DNA of 36,264 nt from a bacterium (lineage in GTDB: Bacteria > Desulfobacterota > Binatia > HRBIN30 > CADEER01). The position numbers and the translations under genes are program-made. Shown here one piece after another: positions 1 through 8,693 of this stretch. The DNA lies in assembly GCA_039934135.1 (NCBI GenBank), contig JBDTMT010000002.1, positions 1 to 36,264 of the forward strand. The letters run 5' to 3'. The notes beneath the pieces were generated by a model. It was not told where the DNA came from, made no database searches, and saw only the letters and a program-made list of their open reading frames with translations. How positions within the stretch are numbered: the first letter of the stretch is position 1; each line of letters starts with the position of its first letter.

Positions 1-48
1 CAAGCCGTTGGCCTGCACGGTGCGGTGCGTGATCGGCGCGTCGGACAT
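1..48 (-). CDS. 5' fragment of a probable alpha/beta hydrolase (epoxide-hydrolase-like N-terminus); runs off the window edge
   Basis: Minus-strand ATG at 48 with GGAG upstream; reads MSDAPITHRTVQANGL, typical of alpha/beta hydrolase N-termini. Only 16 codons are visible. Confidence 0.5.
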   Translation of the reverse strand, partial: MSDAPITHRTVQANGL

Positions 49-151
49 GGCGCAGCTCCATAGCGAACGACGCGGCGCGATTGTAGGGGCTGGCGCCGCC
101 GGCTCGCTGCAGCCGGCTGGCGGGTCGATCACGCGCTCGACGGCGATCGCT

Positions 152-421
152 TCACGAACCGAATCGGCGCTGCGCGCGGGCCTTGGCGCGGGCCGCCTCT
201 TCCTCGCGGTTCTTCGGCGCGGCGTTCGATTCCAGTTGCGTCAGCAGTTGCCCGGAAATGGCGGCGATCGCCTCGACGGCGGCGCGAAACGCCGCGTCAT
301 TTGCCTGCGACGGTTTGGTGAAGCCGCTGATCTTGCGCACGAACTGCAGCGACGCGTCGCGGATCTCCTGCTCGGTGACCGGCGGCTCGAAGTTGAACAG
401 CGTCCGGATATTGCGGCACAT
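152..421 (-). CDS. DUF2277 family small protein
   Basis: MCRNIRTLFNFEPPVT...ASLQFVRKISGF...NREEEAARAKAR is the characteristic family sequence; AG-rich RBS (GAGGAGAGGAAAG) before the ATG at 421. Confidence 0.85.
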   Translation of the reverse strand: MCRNIRTLFNFEPPVTEQEIRDASLQFVRKISGFTKPSQANDAAFRAAVEAIAAISGQLLTQLESNAAPKNREEEAARAKARAQRRFGS

Positions 422-441
422 CTTTCCTCTCCTCTGAAAAC

Positions 442-586
442 GGATCTTCACCGCGGAGTCGCGAAGACGCGGAGTCATCTGCAGCGTTGGTGTCCCCGGT
501 GCCGATTTGACCCGCGATCAACCTGGAAATTTCGCGCCCACCGCGCAAGATCAGTCGCCACCCTCCGCGACTCCGCGGTGAGATCC
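442..586. repeat. Intergenic inverted repeat with ~9-nt-periodic arms (CACCGCGGAG type)
   Basis: Left arm GGATCTTCACCGCGGAGTCGCGAAG (442-466) pairs with right arm CTCCGCGACTCCGCGGTGAGATCC (563-586), with 1 indel and 1 mismatch. Confidence 0.85.
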
Positions 587-615
587 CAGGCTGAACTCGA
601 GGCTGCCCGCGACCG

Positions 616-1494
616 TCATTGCGCGTCCTTCCTGCCGCCGCGCGCCAGGACATCGCGCCGCAGCTGCGCCAGCATCTGTCCGCTCAGCCGGTCGACCAGT
701 CCGGGCGACAGGCGGCCGATGTACCACACGAGGCGCGCCCAGCGCGGCTCGACGATGATGGCGCGGTTGCGCGCCACGGCGCGGAGCACGCGCAGTGCCA
801 GGCGCGCCGGATCGAACGGCCGCAAGCGCTCGACCAACGGCGCCAGCATCGCGGCATCGAGGCTCGGCGTGTAGCGACCGTAGCGGCCGCCGTTCAGGAT
901 CGGCGTGCGCACCGCGGCGGGGCACAGCACCGACACCCTGACGCCGTGTGCGCGCGCTTCTATGCGCAGGACGCGCGACAAGGCCACGACGGCTGACTTG
1001 GTGGCGCTGTAGCTGGCCTGCATCGGCACCGGCACCAGTCCCGCCATCGAGGCGGTGTTGATGATGTGACCGAAGCCCTGGCGGATCATCGTCGGATAGG
1101 CGGCCTGGATGCCGTTGGTGACGCCGCGCAGATTGATGTCGATCACATCGTCCCAGTCGGCGGCGACGTATTCGCGCGCCTCGCCGGTGACGGCGATGCC
1201 GGCGTTGTTGAACAGGTAATCGAGCCGCCCGGCCTGCGCGATGACGCGTTCCACCACGCCGTGGAACGCCGGCGCGTCGCGGACGTCCAGTTCCACCGCC
1301 GTGGCAGCGCCGCCGACGGCGCGGATCCGCATCGCCACCTGCTCGGCCAGGGCCAACTGCCGATCGGCCAGCCACACCGCCACGCCGTTGCGCGCCAACG
1401 CCTCGGCGATCGCTTCGCCGATGCCCGACGCGCCGCCGGTGACGATCGCCGTGCGCCGCGCCGCGCCGGCGCCGCTCGCGTCGTCAGCCGGCAC
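616..1494 (-). CDS. Short-chain dehydrogenase/reductase (SDR)
   Basis: TGGASGIG Rossmann motif, NNAGI, catalytic S...YSATK. Confidence 0.93.
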   Translation of the reverse strand: MPADDASGAGAARRTAIVTGGASGIGEAIAEALARNGVAVWLADRQLALAEQVAMRIRAVGGAATAVELDVRDAPAFHGVVERVIAQAGRLDYLFNNAGIAVTGEAREYVAADWDDVIDINLRGVTNGIQAAYPTMIRQGFGHIINTASMAGLVPVPMQASYSATKSAVVALSRVLRIEARAHGVRVSVLCPAAVRTPILNGGRYGRYTPSLDAAMLAPLVERLRPFDPARLALRVLRAVARNRAIIVEPRWARLVWYIGRLSPGLVDRLSGQMLAQLRRDVLARGGRKDAQ

Positions 1495-1945
1495 GGGTCA
1501 GCTCGAAGGCCGGATAGCGCGACACCAACGGTGCGAACGCCTCGATCGGCGCGCCGGCCTTGACCGGAAAGAAGCGCTGCACTTCGCGGTGGAAGCTGTC
1601 GAGATACGCCTTCAACACCGGCGGCTTCTCCGCGTCGGCGAGGTGGCGCAGGCGATACTCGCCGGATGTGCCGCCGCGCCGCAGCACCACGCTGCCGGCC
1701 GCCTCGGCGTTGCGCACCCATGCGGCCCGGCCGCGCGGCGCCACCAGGTAGAGCTTGCCGTCGTGCGACAGCAGATCGACCGGCAGCGTGTACCGCTTGC
1801 CACTCTTGCGCCCGCGCACCTCGAGCAGCCGCATGTTCGGCAGGCCGATGCCGAGCCGCACCAGGGCGCCGACGGCGACGTTGAAGAAGCGTTCGACGGC
1901 GGTGGGTCGTTCGAAATGTGGAGGCGGGTTGTCCATGGCGGTCAC
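1484..1945 (-). CDS. Deazaflavin (F420)-dependent nitroreductase-family oxidoreductase (DUF385-like)
   Basis: LEVRGRKSGKRYTLPV, AAWVRNAEAAG and C-terminal YPAFEL motifs; overlaps the SDR start. Start may be 1936. Confidence 0.8.
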   Translation of the reverse strand: MTAMDNPPPHFERPTAVERFFNVAVGALVRLGIGLPNMRLLEVRGRKSGKRYTLPVDLLSHDGKLYLVAPRGRAAWVRNAEAAGSVVLRRGGTSGEYRLRHLADAEKPPVLKAYLDSFHREVQRFFPVKAGAPIEAFAPLVSRYPAFELTRAG

Positions 1946-2027
1946 TCCTCGGGGGTCGTTTCAGGCGGGGTCAGTTCTAGCAGGGGGTGGCGCGGGATGT
2001 GTGTGACGGATTCCAGTCTTGTCTGCT

Positions 2028-2140
2028 GGAAGCGTTGCCCTGGGTGAGCCGCCGGTATTCTACGACAATTCTTTCTTGGCAGCCGCGCGGCGCGCGGCTT
2101 GCGGGCGAGGACGCCCGCCGCCACGGGGATGAGGAAGTGG
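2028..2140. repeat. REP-containing ~113-bp repeat, copy 1
   Basis: 2075-2140 matches 3082-3147 at 61/66 nt, and 2028-2046 matches 3034-3052 at 18/19 nt. Two hairpins; minus strand reads GTGG-CGGCGGGCGTCCTCGCCCGC. Confidence 0.85.
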
Positions 2141-2141
2141 C

Positions 2142-2939
2142 TCACGCGCCTTTCGCGTCGTTGCGGAGCTGGTTGCGGAAAAGCGTGAGGACGCGGTCGA
2201 GGGCGGCGCGGGTGGGGTGGCCGGTTTCGTCGACCAGGTCGGTGGTGAGCACGGAGTGCGACCTGGCGGTGAAGCCGTAGGCATTGCCGGGGCTGGAGTC
2301 GATCTCGATGCCGTCGAAGGCGGGGCCGAGTTCGCGGCGTAGGGTGGCGAAGCGCTCGCCGGGGCACAGCGGGTCGTGCGTGAAGCGCAGGCCGAGCACC
2401 GGGCAGCCGCCGGCGGCGCGCTGTTTGATGGTCGCCAGGGCGCTGTCGGAGAGGTGCAGCGCGGCGCGGTGATCCTTGGTCAGGGCGAAGGGCAGCGAGG
2501 GCTGGCTGAGGACCGGCGCCATGACCGTCTGGTCGACCATCAGCGCCAGCGCGAAGTTACCGGTGATGCACATGCCAACGGCGCCGACGCCGGGTCCGCC
2601 GCGCGCCTCGTGCGCGCGGCGGCACAGGGCGCGCAGCCACTCGGTGATCGGGCTCGCCTGGCGCCGCGCCAGGACGCTGAATTCGCGCCGGATGCAGGCG
2701 CGCGCCACCTCGGCGAGGATATAGCCGTTGCTGATCGGGCGGCCCGGCTCGCCGAACAGGTGCGGCAGGTAGACGCGGAAGCCGTCGGCGGCGACGCGGC
2801 GGGCGAAGCGTTCGACCTGCGGGGTGATGCCGGGGATCTCGTGCATCACCACCACCGCCGGGCCGGCTCCGAGCGTGTAGACGGTGCGCGTCGCGCCGGC
2901 GTGCGTGAAGGCGAAAGTATCGAAACCGTCGAGTGCCAT
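2142..2939 (-). CDS. Dienelactone hydrolase family protein
   Basis: VVVMHEIPGITP, nucleophile motif GMCITG, D and H catalytic residues (DPLCP, HSVLT). Start at MALDGF is assumed. Confidence 0.9.
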   Translation of the reverse strand: MALDGFDTFAFTHAGATRTVYTLGAGPAVVVMHEIPGITPQVERFARRVAADGFRVYLPHLFGEPGRPISNGYILAEVARACIRREFSVLARRQASPITEWLRALCRRAHEARGGPGVGAVGMCITGNFALALMVDQTVMAPVLSQPSLPFALTKDHRAALHLSDSALATIKQRAAGGCPVLGLRFTHDPLCPGERFATLRRELGPAFDGIEIDSSPGNAYGFTARSHSVLTTDLVDETGHPTRAALDRVLTLFRNQLRNDAKGA

Positions 2940-3033
2940 GGGCGGAGGACTCAGCACGGATGGTGGGGAGGATCAAATGCGCGGGGCGCGGCTGGTCTTG
3001 GAGGACACTATGATGTCCCCCTGCTTGCCAGCG

Positions 3034-3147
3034 GGAAGCGTCGCCCTGGGTGTACCGCCTTGGGCACTACAGTGACTCACGCTTGGCAGCCGCGCGTTGC
3101 GCGGCTTGCGGGCGAGGACGCCCGCCGCCACTTGGATGAGGAGGTGG
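3034..3147. repeat. REP-containing ~113-bp repeat, copy 2
   Basis: Direct repeat of 2028-2140. Confidence 0.85.
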
Positions 3148-3176
3148 GGCGTGGCTCCCGGGCGGCGGCGCGAGTG

Positions 3177-4085
3177 TTACGCCGCGACGGCGGAACCCAG
3201 CTCGTCGACGGCGCGTTGGACGGCGGCGTCTATGGCGCGCTCCCAGGTGTGCAGGTCGTCGGTGTTGGCGTCGGGTGGGAAGAGGAGCGCGCGGGAGGAG
3301 CTGACGATGCCGCCTTCGCGGCCGCGCGGCCCGGCGACGAAGGCGCGCACGGCGTCGGCGGCGCAGGCGCCTTGCGCGCCGTAGCCGGGAACGAGGAAGA
3401 GCGCGTCCGGCAACGCGGCGCGCAGGCGCTCGTGCTCAGCGGGATGCGTGGCGCCGGCGACGATGCCGAGCGACGACCAGCCGGTGACGGGGCCGCGCAG
3501 CTGTGTGGCAGCGTCGGCCAGGCCGGCGGCGACGTGCGCATAGAGCGGCACGCCGTCGATGAGGCGGTCCTGCAGGTCGGCCGAGCCGGGGTTGCTGGTC
3601 TTGGCCAGCACGAAAACACCGCGGCCGTGCGCACCAACGGCGGCGAAGAACGGCGCCAGCGTATCGCGGCCGAGGTAGGGGCTGATGGTCAGCGCGTCGA
3701 CCTGCATCGGCGCGCTGTCGTCGAGGCAGCCGGCGTACGCCGCGGCGGTTGTGCCTATGTCGCCGCGCTTGGCGTCGAGGATCACCTGGCAGCCGGCCAG
3801 GCGCGCCTGCTCGACGACTTGCTCCAGCGCCTGCACGCCGCGCCAGCCGAGCAGCTCGAAGAAGGCGCTCTGCGGCTTCACCACGGCGACATACGGCGCG
3901 ATGCGCTCGAGCCCGGCGAGCACGAAGGCCTCGACCGCATCGGCAGTCGCCGGATCGGCCGCCGCCATGCTGGCGCGCCGGAACAACGGCGGAATCATCG
4001 GCAGATGCGGATCGATCCCGGCGCACAGCGGATGGCCGAGTTCGCGGACGCGCGCGATCAGAGTGTCGGCGAAGTGCTCCGGCAT
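3177..4085 (-). CDS. pyrF: Orotidine-5'-phosphate decarboxylase
   Basis: LCAGIDPH, VKPQSAFFE, DAKRGDIGTT (DxKxxDIxxT), TSNPGS, LVPGYGAQG, SSSRA motifs. Confidence 0.95.
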   Translation of the reverse strand: MPEHFADTLIARVRELGHPLCAGIDPHLPMIPPLFRRASMAAADPATADAVEAFVLAGLERIAPYVAVVKPQSAFFELLGWRGVQALEQVVEQARLAGCQVILDAKRGDIGTTAAAYAGCLDDSAPMQVDALTISPYLGRDTLAPFFAAVGAHGRGVFVLAKTSNPGSADLQDRLIDGVPLYAHVAAGLADAATQLRGPVTGWSSLGIVAGATHPAEHERLRAALPDALFLVPGYGAQGACAADAVRAFVAGPRGREGGIVSSSRALLFPPDANTDDLHTWERAIDAAVQRAVDELGSAVAA

Positions 4086-4249
4086 CGTGCACTGCACCAA
4101 TCACAGAAGAATTGGGATGAACACCGCCCCACCGCATTTCGGCGCGTTGTTCGCCGCGCGACCGCGGGACACGTGCCCGTGGCGGACTCGAAGCAGCGTG
4201 TTCCCGTATCGTGCACGCCTCAGCAACGCGCTTGTTCCGGTTCACTATT

Positions 4250-4267
4250 TAGTCTAGTTATGGACCA
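4250..4267. promoter_or_regulatory. Possible antitoxin autoregulatory operator
   Basis: Imperfect palindrome TAGTCTAgttaTGGACCA in an AT-rich patch abutting the antitoxin ATG. Confidence 0.35.
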
Positions 4268-4509
4268 TGATCCGGATCAATATCCACGAGGCCAAGACTC
4301 ACTTATCGCGCTACCTGGCGAAACTGGCCAAGGGCGAGACGATCATCATCTGCAACCGGAACGTGCCGATCGCCGAACTGCGGCCCTTGCCGCGGCCACG
4401 CCGCGCGGCGCGACCGATCGGCCTGGCGAAGGGAACGTTCGAGGTTCCGCAAAGCTTCTTCGACGCCCTGCCTGACGACGAGATCGCTGCCTTCGAGGGA
4501 CGCGGTTAG
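4267..4509 (+). CDS. Type II TA antitoxin, Phd/YefM family
   Basis: INIHEAKTHLSRYL...GETIIICNRNVPIAEL Phd fold; stop codon overlaps the toxin start. Confidence 0.92.
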   Translation: MIRINIHEAKTHLSRYLAKLAKGETIIICNRNVPIAELRPLPRPRRAARPIGLAKGTFEVPQSFFDALPDDEIAAFEGRG

Positions 4510-4895
4510 TGCGGCTGTTGCTCGACACCTGCACGTTTCTCTGGCTCACCGTCGACGCGCCGGAATTGCCTGATCGCGCCCGCGGTCTCATCGCGGACCC
4601 CGCCAACGAACTGTTTCTCAGCGCCGCTTCGAGCTGGGAGATTGCGGTCAAACACGCGCTGCAGCGGTTGCCGCTGCCGTCGCCGCCGGAGCGCTTCGTA
4701 CCGCAGCAACGCGAGGCGCACGGCATCGAGGACCTCGCCATCAACGAGGAGTCGACGCTGCACGTCGGCCGCTTGCCGGCGCTGCATCGCGACCCGTTCG
4801 ATCGCATCCTGATCTGCCAGGCGATCGTGCACGGACTGATGATCCTCGGCCCCGATCCGCTTATCGCGCAATATCCAGTCCGCACGACGTGGTGA
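4509..4895 (+). CDS. vapC: Type II TA toxin, VapC family PIN-domain ribonuclease
   Basis: LLLDTCTFLW, SAASSWEIAVK, HRDPFDRILICQA PIN motifs. Confidence 0.93.
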   Translation: MRLLLDTCTFLWLTVDAPELPDRARGLIADPANELFLSAASSWEIAVKHALQRLPLPSPPERFVPQQREAHGIEDLAINEESTLHVGRLPALHRDPFDRILICQAIVHGLMILGPDPLIAQYPVRTTW

Positions 4896-4959
4896 TCGAG
4901 TGCGTCCGATGTGGCGCTGCTCGCAAAACCATTCGATCGCTGCGGCATCTCAGGTAGCG

Positions 4960-5499
4960 ATGGTGCGCACAGCGTCTTTGGTCGTCGTCTTTGTCGGTGC
5001 CCTGGCCCTTGCCTGGCCCTGGAGTGGGAATGGCGCGGTTGGTCAGATTCGGCCGGCGCCAGAGATCAGCGGCGACAGCTGGTTGAATTCGCCGCCGCTG
5101 AGGCTCGCCGGGCTGCGCGGCAAGGTGGTGTTGGTCGAGTTCTGGACCTTCGCGTGCTGGAACTGCCGCAACGTCGAGCCGGTGATGAAGCGCTGGCACG
5201 CGCAGTTCAAGGATCGCGGCCTGGTGGTGATCGGCGTGCACACGCCGGAGCTGGAAGTGGAGCGCGATCCGAACAACGTCGCGCAGTACGTGCGCGAGCA
5301 TGGCATCGCCTATCCGGTGGCGCTCGACGGCGGCTTCAAGACCTGGAAGCGCTACGACAACAATGCCTGGCCGGCGCTGTACCTGATCGATGCCAACGGC
5401 AACATCGTCTACACGCACGTCGGCGAAGGCGATTACGACAAGACCGAGCAACAGATCGAATCGGCGCTGGGCGACCTGACAAAGACGAAGGCCCCGTGA
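4960..5499 (+). CDS. Exported redoxin/thioredoxin-like protein (DipZ/TlpA-like redox domain)
   Basis: N-terminal hydrophobic signal; WLNSPPL, VVLVEFWTFACWNC (CxxC), VIGVHTPE, NNAWPALYLID, GEGDY. Start is uncertain (4900-4960). Confidence 0.88.
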   Translation: MVRTASLVVVFVGALALAWPWSGNGAVGQIRPAPEISGDSWLNSPPLRLAGLRGKVVLVEFWTFACWNCRNVEPVMKRWHAQFKDRGLVVIGVHTPELEVERDPNNVAQYVREHGIAYPVALDGGFKTWKRYDNNAWPALYLIDANGNIVYTHVGEGDYDKTEQQIESALGDLTKTKAP

Positions 5500-5523
5500 A
5501 AGGCCCTATGATGCAAGGACGGA

Positions 5524-5667
5524 TTCACCACAGAGACCCAGAGAAAGAGAAAAGACGCACGTCGCGGAACTTCTGCGCGACGCCGCTGAGCGATGTGCAC
5601 GGGCACCGCCGCCTGCGCATCTCCTCAAGCCGTGTTTCCTCTGTGCGCGCTGTGCCCCTGTGGTGAA
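5524..5667. repeat. Intergenic inverted repeat (TTCACCACAGAG type) between convergent genes
   Basis: TTCACCACAGAGACCCAGAGA (5524-5544) versus CTCTGTGCGCGCTGTGCCCCTGTGGTGAA (ends 5667); ~9-nt periodicity. Confidence 0.75.
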
Positions 5668-5691
5668 AACTTTTTCCGGCTTCGCCTTCCC

Positions 5692-6621
5692 CTACCCTTC
5701 CGCCTCCGCCGCCAGCGCCAGCTGTTCATCCGCCAGCGTGGAAGGCTCCGTCGGGCGGCGGGTGGTGATCCAGACGCCGGCGAGAACGAGTGTTCCGCCG
5801 AAGACCTGTGAGGCGAGCAGCGGCTCGCCGAGGAAGGCGGCCGAGAGCAGCGCGGTGATGACGGGGACGAGATAGACGAACACCACGGTGCGGCCGACGC
5901 CGACGGTGTGCACACCGTAGAGGAAGAACTGGCCGGCGAGCACCGACGACAGCACGACCATCGACAGCAGCGCCGCCAGCGCCGCCGGCGAGGCGTGCGC
6001 GATCTGCGCGAACGGCGCCTCGGGCAGCGCCAGCGTCAGCATCACGACGCTGCCGATGCCGTAGCAGAGGGCGTTGGTCATGGAATGCGGCAGGTGGCCG
6101 ACGACACTGCGCGCGCAGATGTTGAAGGTCGCCCACAGCGCCGCGGCGAGGATGGCGAGCAGATCGCCGCCGCGCGCGAGCAGCAGGCCGGCGAGCACGG
6201 CGAGATCGCCGTGCGTGATGACCACCGCGGCACCGGCCAACGCCATCAGCACGCCGGCGAAGCCACGGCGCGACAGCGGCTCGCCGACCAGCGGCGCCAG
6301 CAGCACCGTGAAGGCCGGGTTGAGCGCCACCAGCAGCGACGCGTTGGTGGCGCTGGTGCGCTGCAGCGCCGCCATGAACGTCCATTGGTAGAACACGCCC
6401 CCACAGATGATCATCACCGCCAGTGGCAGCAGCACCGGCCGCAGGTCGGCGCTGCGTCGCGCCCGCCAGGCAAACGGCAGCAGCAGCAGCGCCGCCGCCA
6501 GATGCCGCGTGCCCGCCGCCGTCAGCGGCGTCAGCTCGGCCAGCACCACCTTGCCGGCGATGAACGCCGTCGCCCAGAACAGACTCGCGGCGCAGAGGCC
6601 GAGATAGGCGCGACGGGGCAT
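5692..6621 (-). CDS. DMT/EamA family transporter
   Basis: About 10 hydrophobic segments; FWATAFIAGK, TSATNASLL, YLVPV, FLGEPL EamA repeats. Confidence 0.9.
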   Translation of the reverse strand: MPRRAYLGLCAASLFWATAFIAGKVVLAELTPLTAAGTRHLAAALLLLPFAWRARRSADLRPVLLPLAVMIICGGVFYQWTFMAALQRTSATNASLLVALNPAFTVLLAPLVGEPLSRRGFAGVLMALAGAAVVITHGDLAVLAGLLLARGGDLLAILAAALWATFNICARSVVGHLPHSMTNALCYGIGSVVMLTLALPEAPFAQIAHASPAALAALLSMVVLSSVLAGQFFLYGVHTVGVGRTVVFVYLVPVITALLSAAFLGEPLLASQVFGGTLVLAGVWITTRRPTEPSTLADEQLALAAEAEG

Positions 6622-6782
6622 GGTGCGGGGAAGACTAAAGACTACGGAGCAAAGTCTAAAGACCGGGCGGGCGATGGCGTTTCGCCGTTCGTCCGCTCGG
6701 CAGCCGCGGACTCCACTCCACCCGCCGGTCCTGCATCATTCGTCATTCGTCCTGCGGCGCTGCCACCGAACAGTGCCACAGC

Positions 6783-6937
6783 GGCTTTGCACGCAAATTC
6801 CCGTTTCAGCGGGATGAGTGCGGTAACGCTGTTACGGCTGCTCGCTGTTACGGGTTCGGATTCTCAACCCTAACAGCGTAGCAGCCTGACAACCCCGGCG
6901 GCGGACTCAGGCAAGTCGCGAATTGGCGGGCAAAGCC
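6783..6937. mobile_element. MITE-like element, copy 1 (18-bp TIRs, internal hairpin)
   Basis: GGCTTTGCACGCAAATTC (6783-6800) and GAATTGGCGGGCAAAGCC (6920-6937) are 16/18 complementary. Flanks TGCCACAGC/TGTCGCAGC match 7/9. The same right end recurs at 19183-19200. Confidence 0.7.
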
Positions 6938-7051
6938 TGTCGCAGCGGCGCGCACCGGAGTCGCCGGGCTTGGCAGTTGGACGGGGCCGTCCTACAGAGA
7001 GGGCCCACTGCCGTGGGGGACCGGCGTTTCGACGCCGCGGAGGATGCAGGC

Positions 7052-8566
7052 ATGCCGCGCTACGCTTACGATCATCTGACCTTTCTCGACAACTCCTTCC
7101 TGATCATGGAGGGGCCGAATCAACCGATGCACATCGCCGGCACGGCCATGTTCACCGGCGGCAACCTGATCCAGCCCGACGGCGCGCTCGACATCGACCG
7201 CATCCGGGCTTACGTCGCCTCGCGCCTGCACCTCATCCCACGCTACCGCCAGCGCCTCGCCAGCCTGCCGCTGCAGGGGCGGCCGATCTGGGTCGACGAC
7301 ACCCACTTCAACATCCACTACCACGTGCGCCACACCGCCCTGCCGCGCCCCGGCGACGAGCGCCAGTTGAAGCGCCTGGCGGCGCGCATCATGGCGCAGC
7401 ACCTCGATCGCTCGAAGCCGCTGTGGGAGATCTGGTTCGTCGAGGGCCTCGCCGGCGACCGCTTCGCCATGATCAGCAAGATCCATCATTGCATGGTCGA
7501 CGGTGTGTCGAGCGTCGACCTGCTCAACGTGCTGCTGCAGCTGGAGCCCAGCGACGAAGTGCACGAGTCGCCCGACTGGCTGCCGCGCCCGGCGCCGAGC
7601 AGCTTCGATCTCGCCGGCGAAGCGGTCGAGCGCGTCACGCACTGGCCGCGCGCCCTCGGCAGCACCGTGCAACAGGCGGTGCGCGACGCGCAGGATCCGC
7701 GCTCTGACTTGCGCGCCCGCTGGCGCGCCTTTCGCGACATGTTCGGCACCACCATCCGCGCCGTCTCGTCGACGCCGCTCAACCGGCCGATCGGCCCGCA
7801 CCGCCGCTTCGACTGGCACCGCATGCCGCTCAGCGAGATCAAAGCGGTGAAAAATGCCCTCGGCGGCACGCTCAACGACGTCGTGTTGGCGACGGTCAGC
7901 GGCGCCGTGCGCAGCTTCCTCGAACGGCATCGCGTCAACGTCGACACGCTCGACTTCCGCGTCCTGGCGCCGGTCAGCGTGCGCAGCACCGATCAGCGCG
8001 GCACGCTCGGCAACCACGTCTCCGCCTGGATGGTGCCGATGCCGCTCGACGAGCGCGAGCCGCGCGAGGCGCTGGCGCGCATCAGCCAGACCACCGGGCA
8101 TCTGAAGGAATCGAAGGAGGCGATGGGCGCCGAGATGCTGTCGGAAGTCGGCGAGTGGACGCCGTCGACCCTGCTCTCGCTCGCCTCGCGCATGGTGATG
8201 CGCGCCCTGCCCTTCAACCTGGTGGTGACCAACGTGCCGGGCCCGCAGCTGCCGCTCTACCTGATGAGCGCGCGCATGCTGGACAACTACGGGCTGATCC
8301 CGCTCACCGACTACCTGTGCCTCGGCATCGTGTTGTTCAGCTACGACGGCCAGCTGTGCTGGGGCTTCACCTGCGAGTGGGATCTGCTGCCCGACCTGCA
8401 CGACTTCGTCTGCGATATCGAAGCCGCCTTCGACGCGCTCAAGGTCGCCGCCGGCCTGATCGAGGCCCCCGCCGCCCCCGCCAAACGCGCCCGCACCCGT
8501 AAGCCCAGCACGCCGCGCGCCGCAGCACCGCGGCGACGCGCCAAGAAGCGGGAAGTCCACAGATGA
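7052..8566 (+). CDS. Wax ester synthase/diacylglycerol acyltransferase (WS/DGAT)
   Basis: PMHIAG, LDRSKPLWE, catalytic KIHHCMVDG (HHxxxDG), TLNDVVL, NLVVTNVPGPQ; GGAGG RBS upstream of ATG 7052. Confidence 0.95.
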   Translation: MPRYAYDHLTFLDNSFLIMEGPNQPMHIAGTAMFTGGNLIQPDGALDIDRIRAYVASRLHLIPRYRQRLASLPLQGRPIWVDDTHFNIHYHVRHTALPRPGDERQLKRLAARIMAQHLDRSKPLWEIWFVEGLAGDRFAMISKIHHCMVDGVSSVDLLNVLLQLEPSDEVHESPDWLPRPAPSSFDLAGEAVERVTHWPRALGSTVQQAVRDAQDPRSDLRARWRAFRDMFGTTIRAVSSTPLNRPIGPHRRFDWHRMPLSEIKAVKNALGGTLNDVVLATVSGAVRSFLERHRVNVDTLDFRVLAPVSVRSTDQRGTLGNHVSAWMVPMPLDEREPREALARISQTTGHLKESKEAMGAEMLSEVGEWTPSTLLSLASRMVMRALPFNLVVTNVPGPQLPLYLMSARMLDNYGLIPLTDYLCLGIVLFSYDGQLCWGFTCEWDLLPDLHDFVCDIEAAFDALKVAAGLIEAPAAPAKRARTRKPSTPRAAAPRRRAKKREVHR

Positions 8567-8671
8567 ATCCGGATGAAAACAGATGAAGCCGGATACGATC
8601 GCGCGCAGGCGACGCGCTGCCTCCACGCAGTCTTCTCCAGATCCATCTTCCGGTATCCGGTTTCATCTGTG
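8558..8671. repeat. Inverted repeat with 10-nt-periodic arms (CACAGATGAA type)
   Basis: CACAGATGAATCCGGATGAAAACAGATGAAGCCGGATAC pairs with GTATCCGGTTTCATCTGTG (8653-8671); contains the WS/DGAT stop codon. Confidence 0.8.
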
Positions 8672-8693
8672 TTGAGTATTTTCCGAGGTTCCC

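Noticed and set aside
83-120. GTAGGGGC-led hairpin as another REP family
   Set aside because: Single degenerate copy with no partner in the window.
2376-4475. Long antisense or alternate-frame ORFs (also 6992-8626, 13994-15778, 18945-20930, 22068-23876, 31282-33912)
   Set aside because: Shadow ORFs expected from high GC3; each overlaps a gene with clear family motifs and has none itself.
6622-7051. Riboswitch or ncRNA in long intergenic regions (also 25143-25370)
   Set aside because: No riboswitch consensus that I can recognise; structure at 6622-7051 is explained by repeats and the MITE-like element. An Rfam scan would be decisive.
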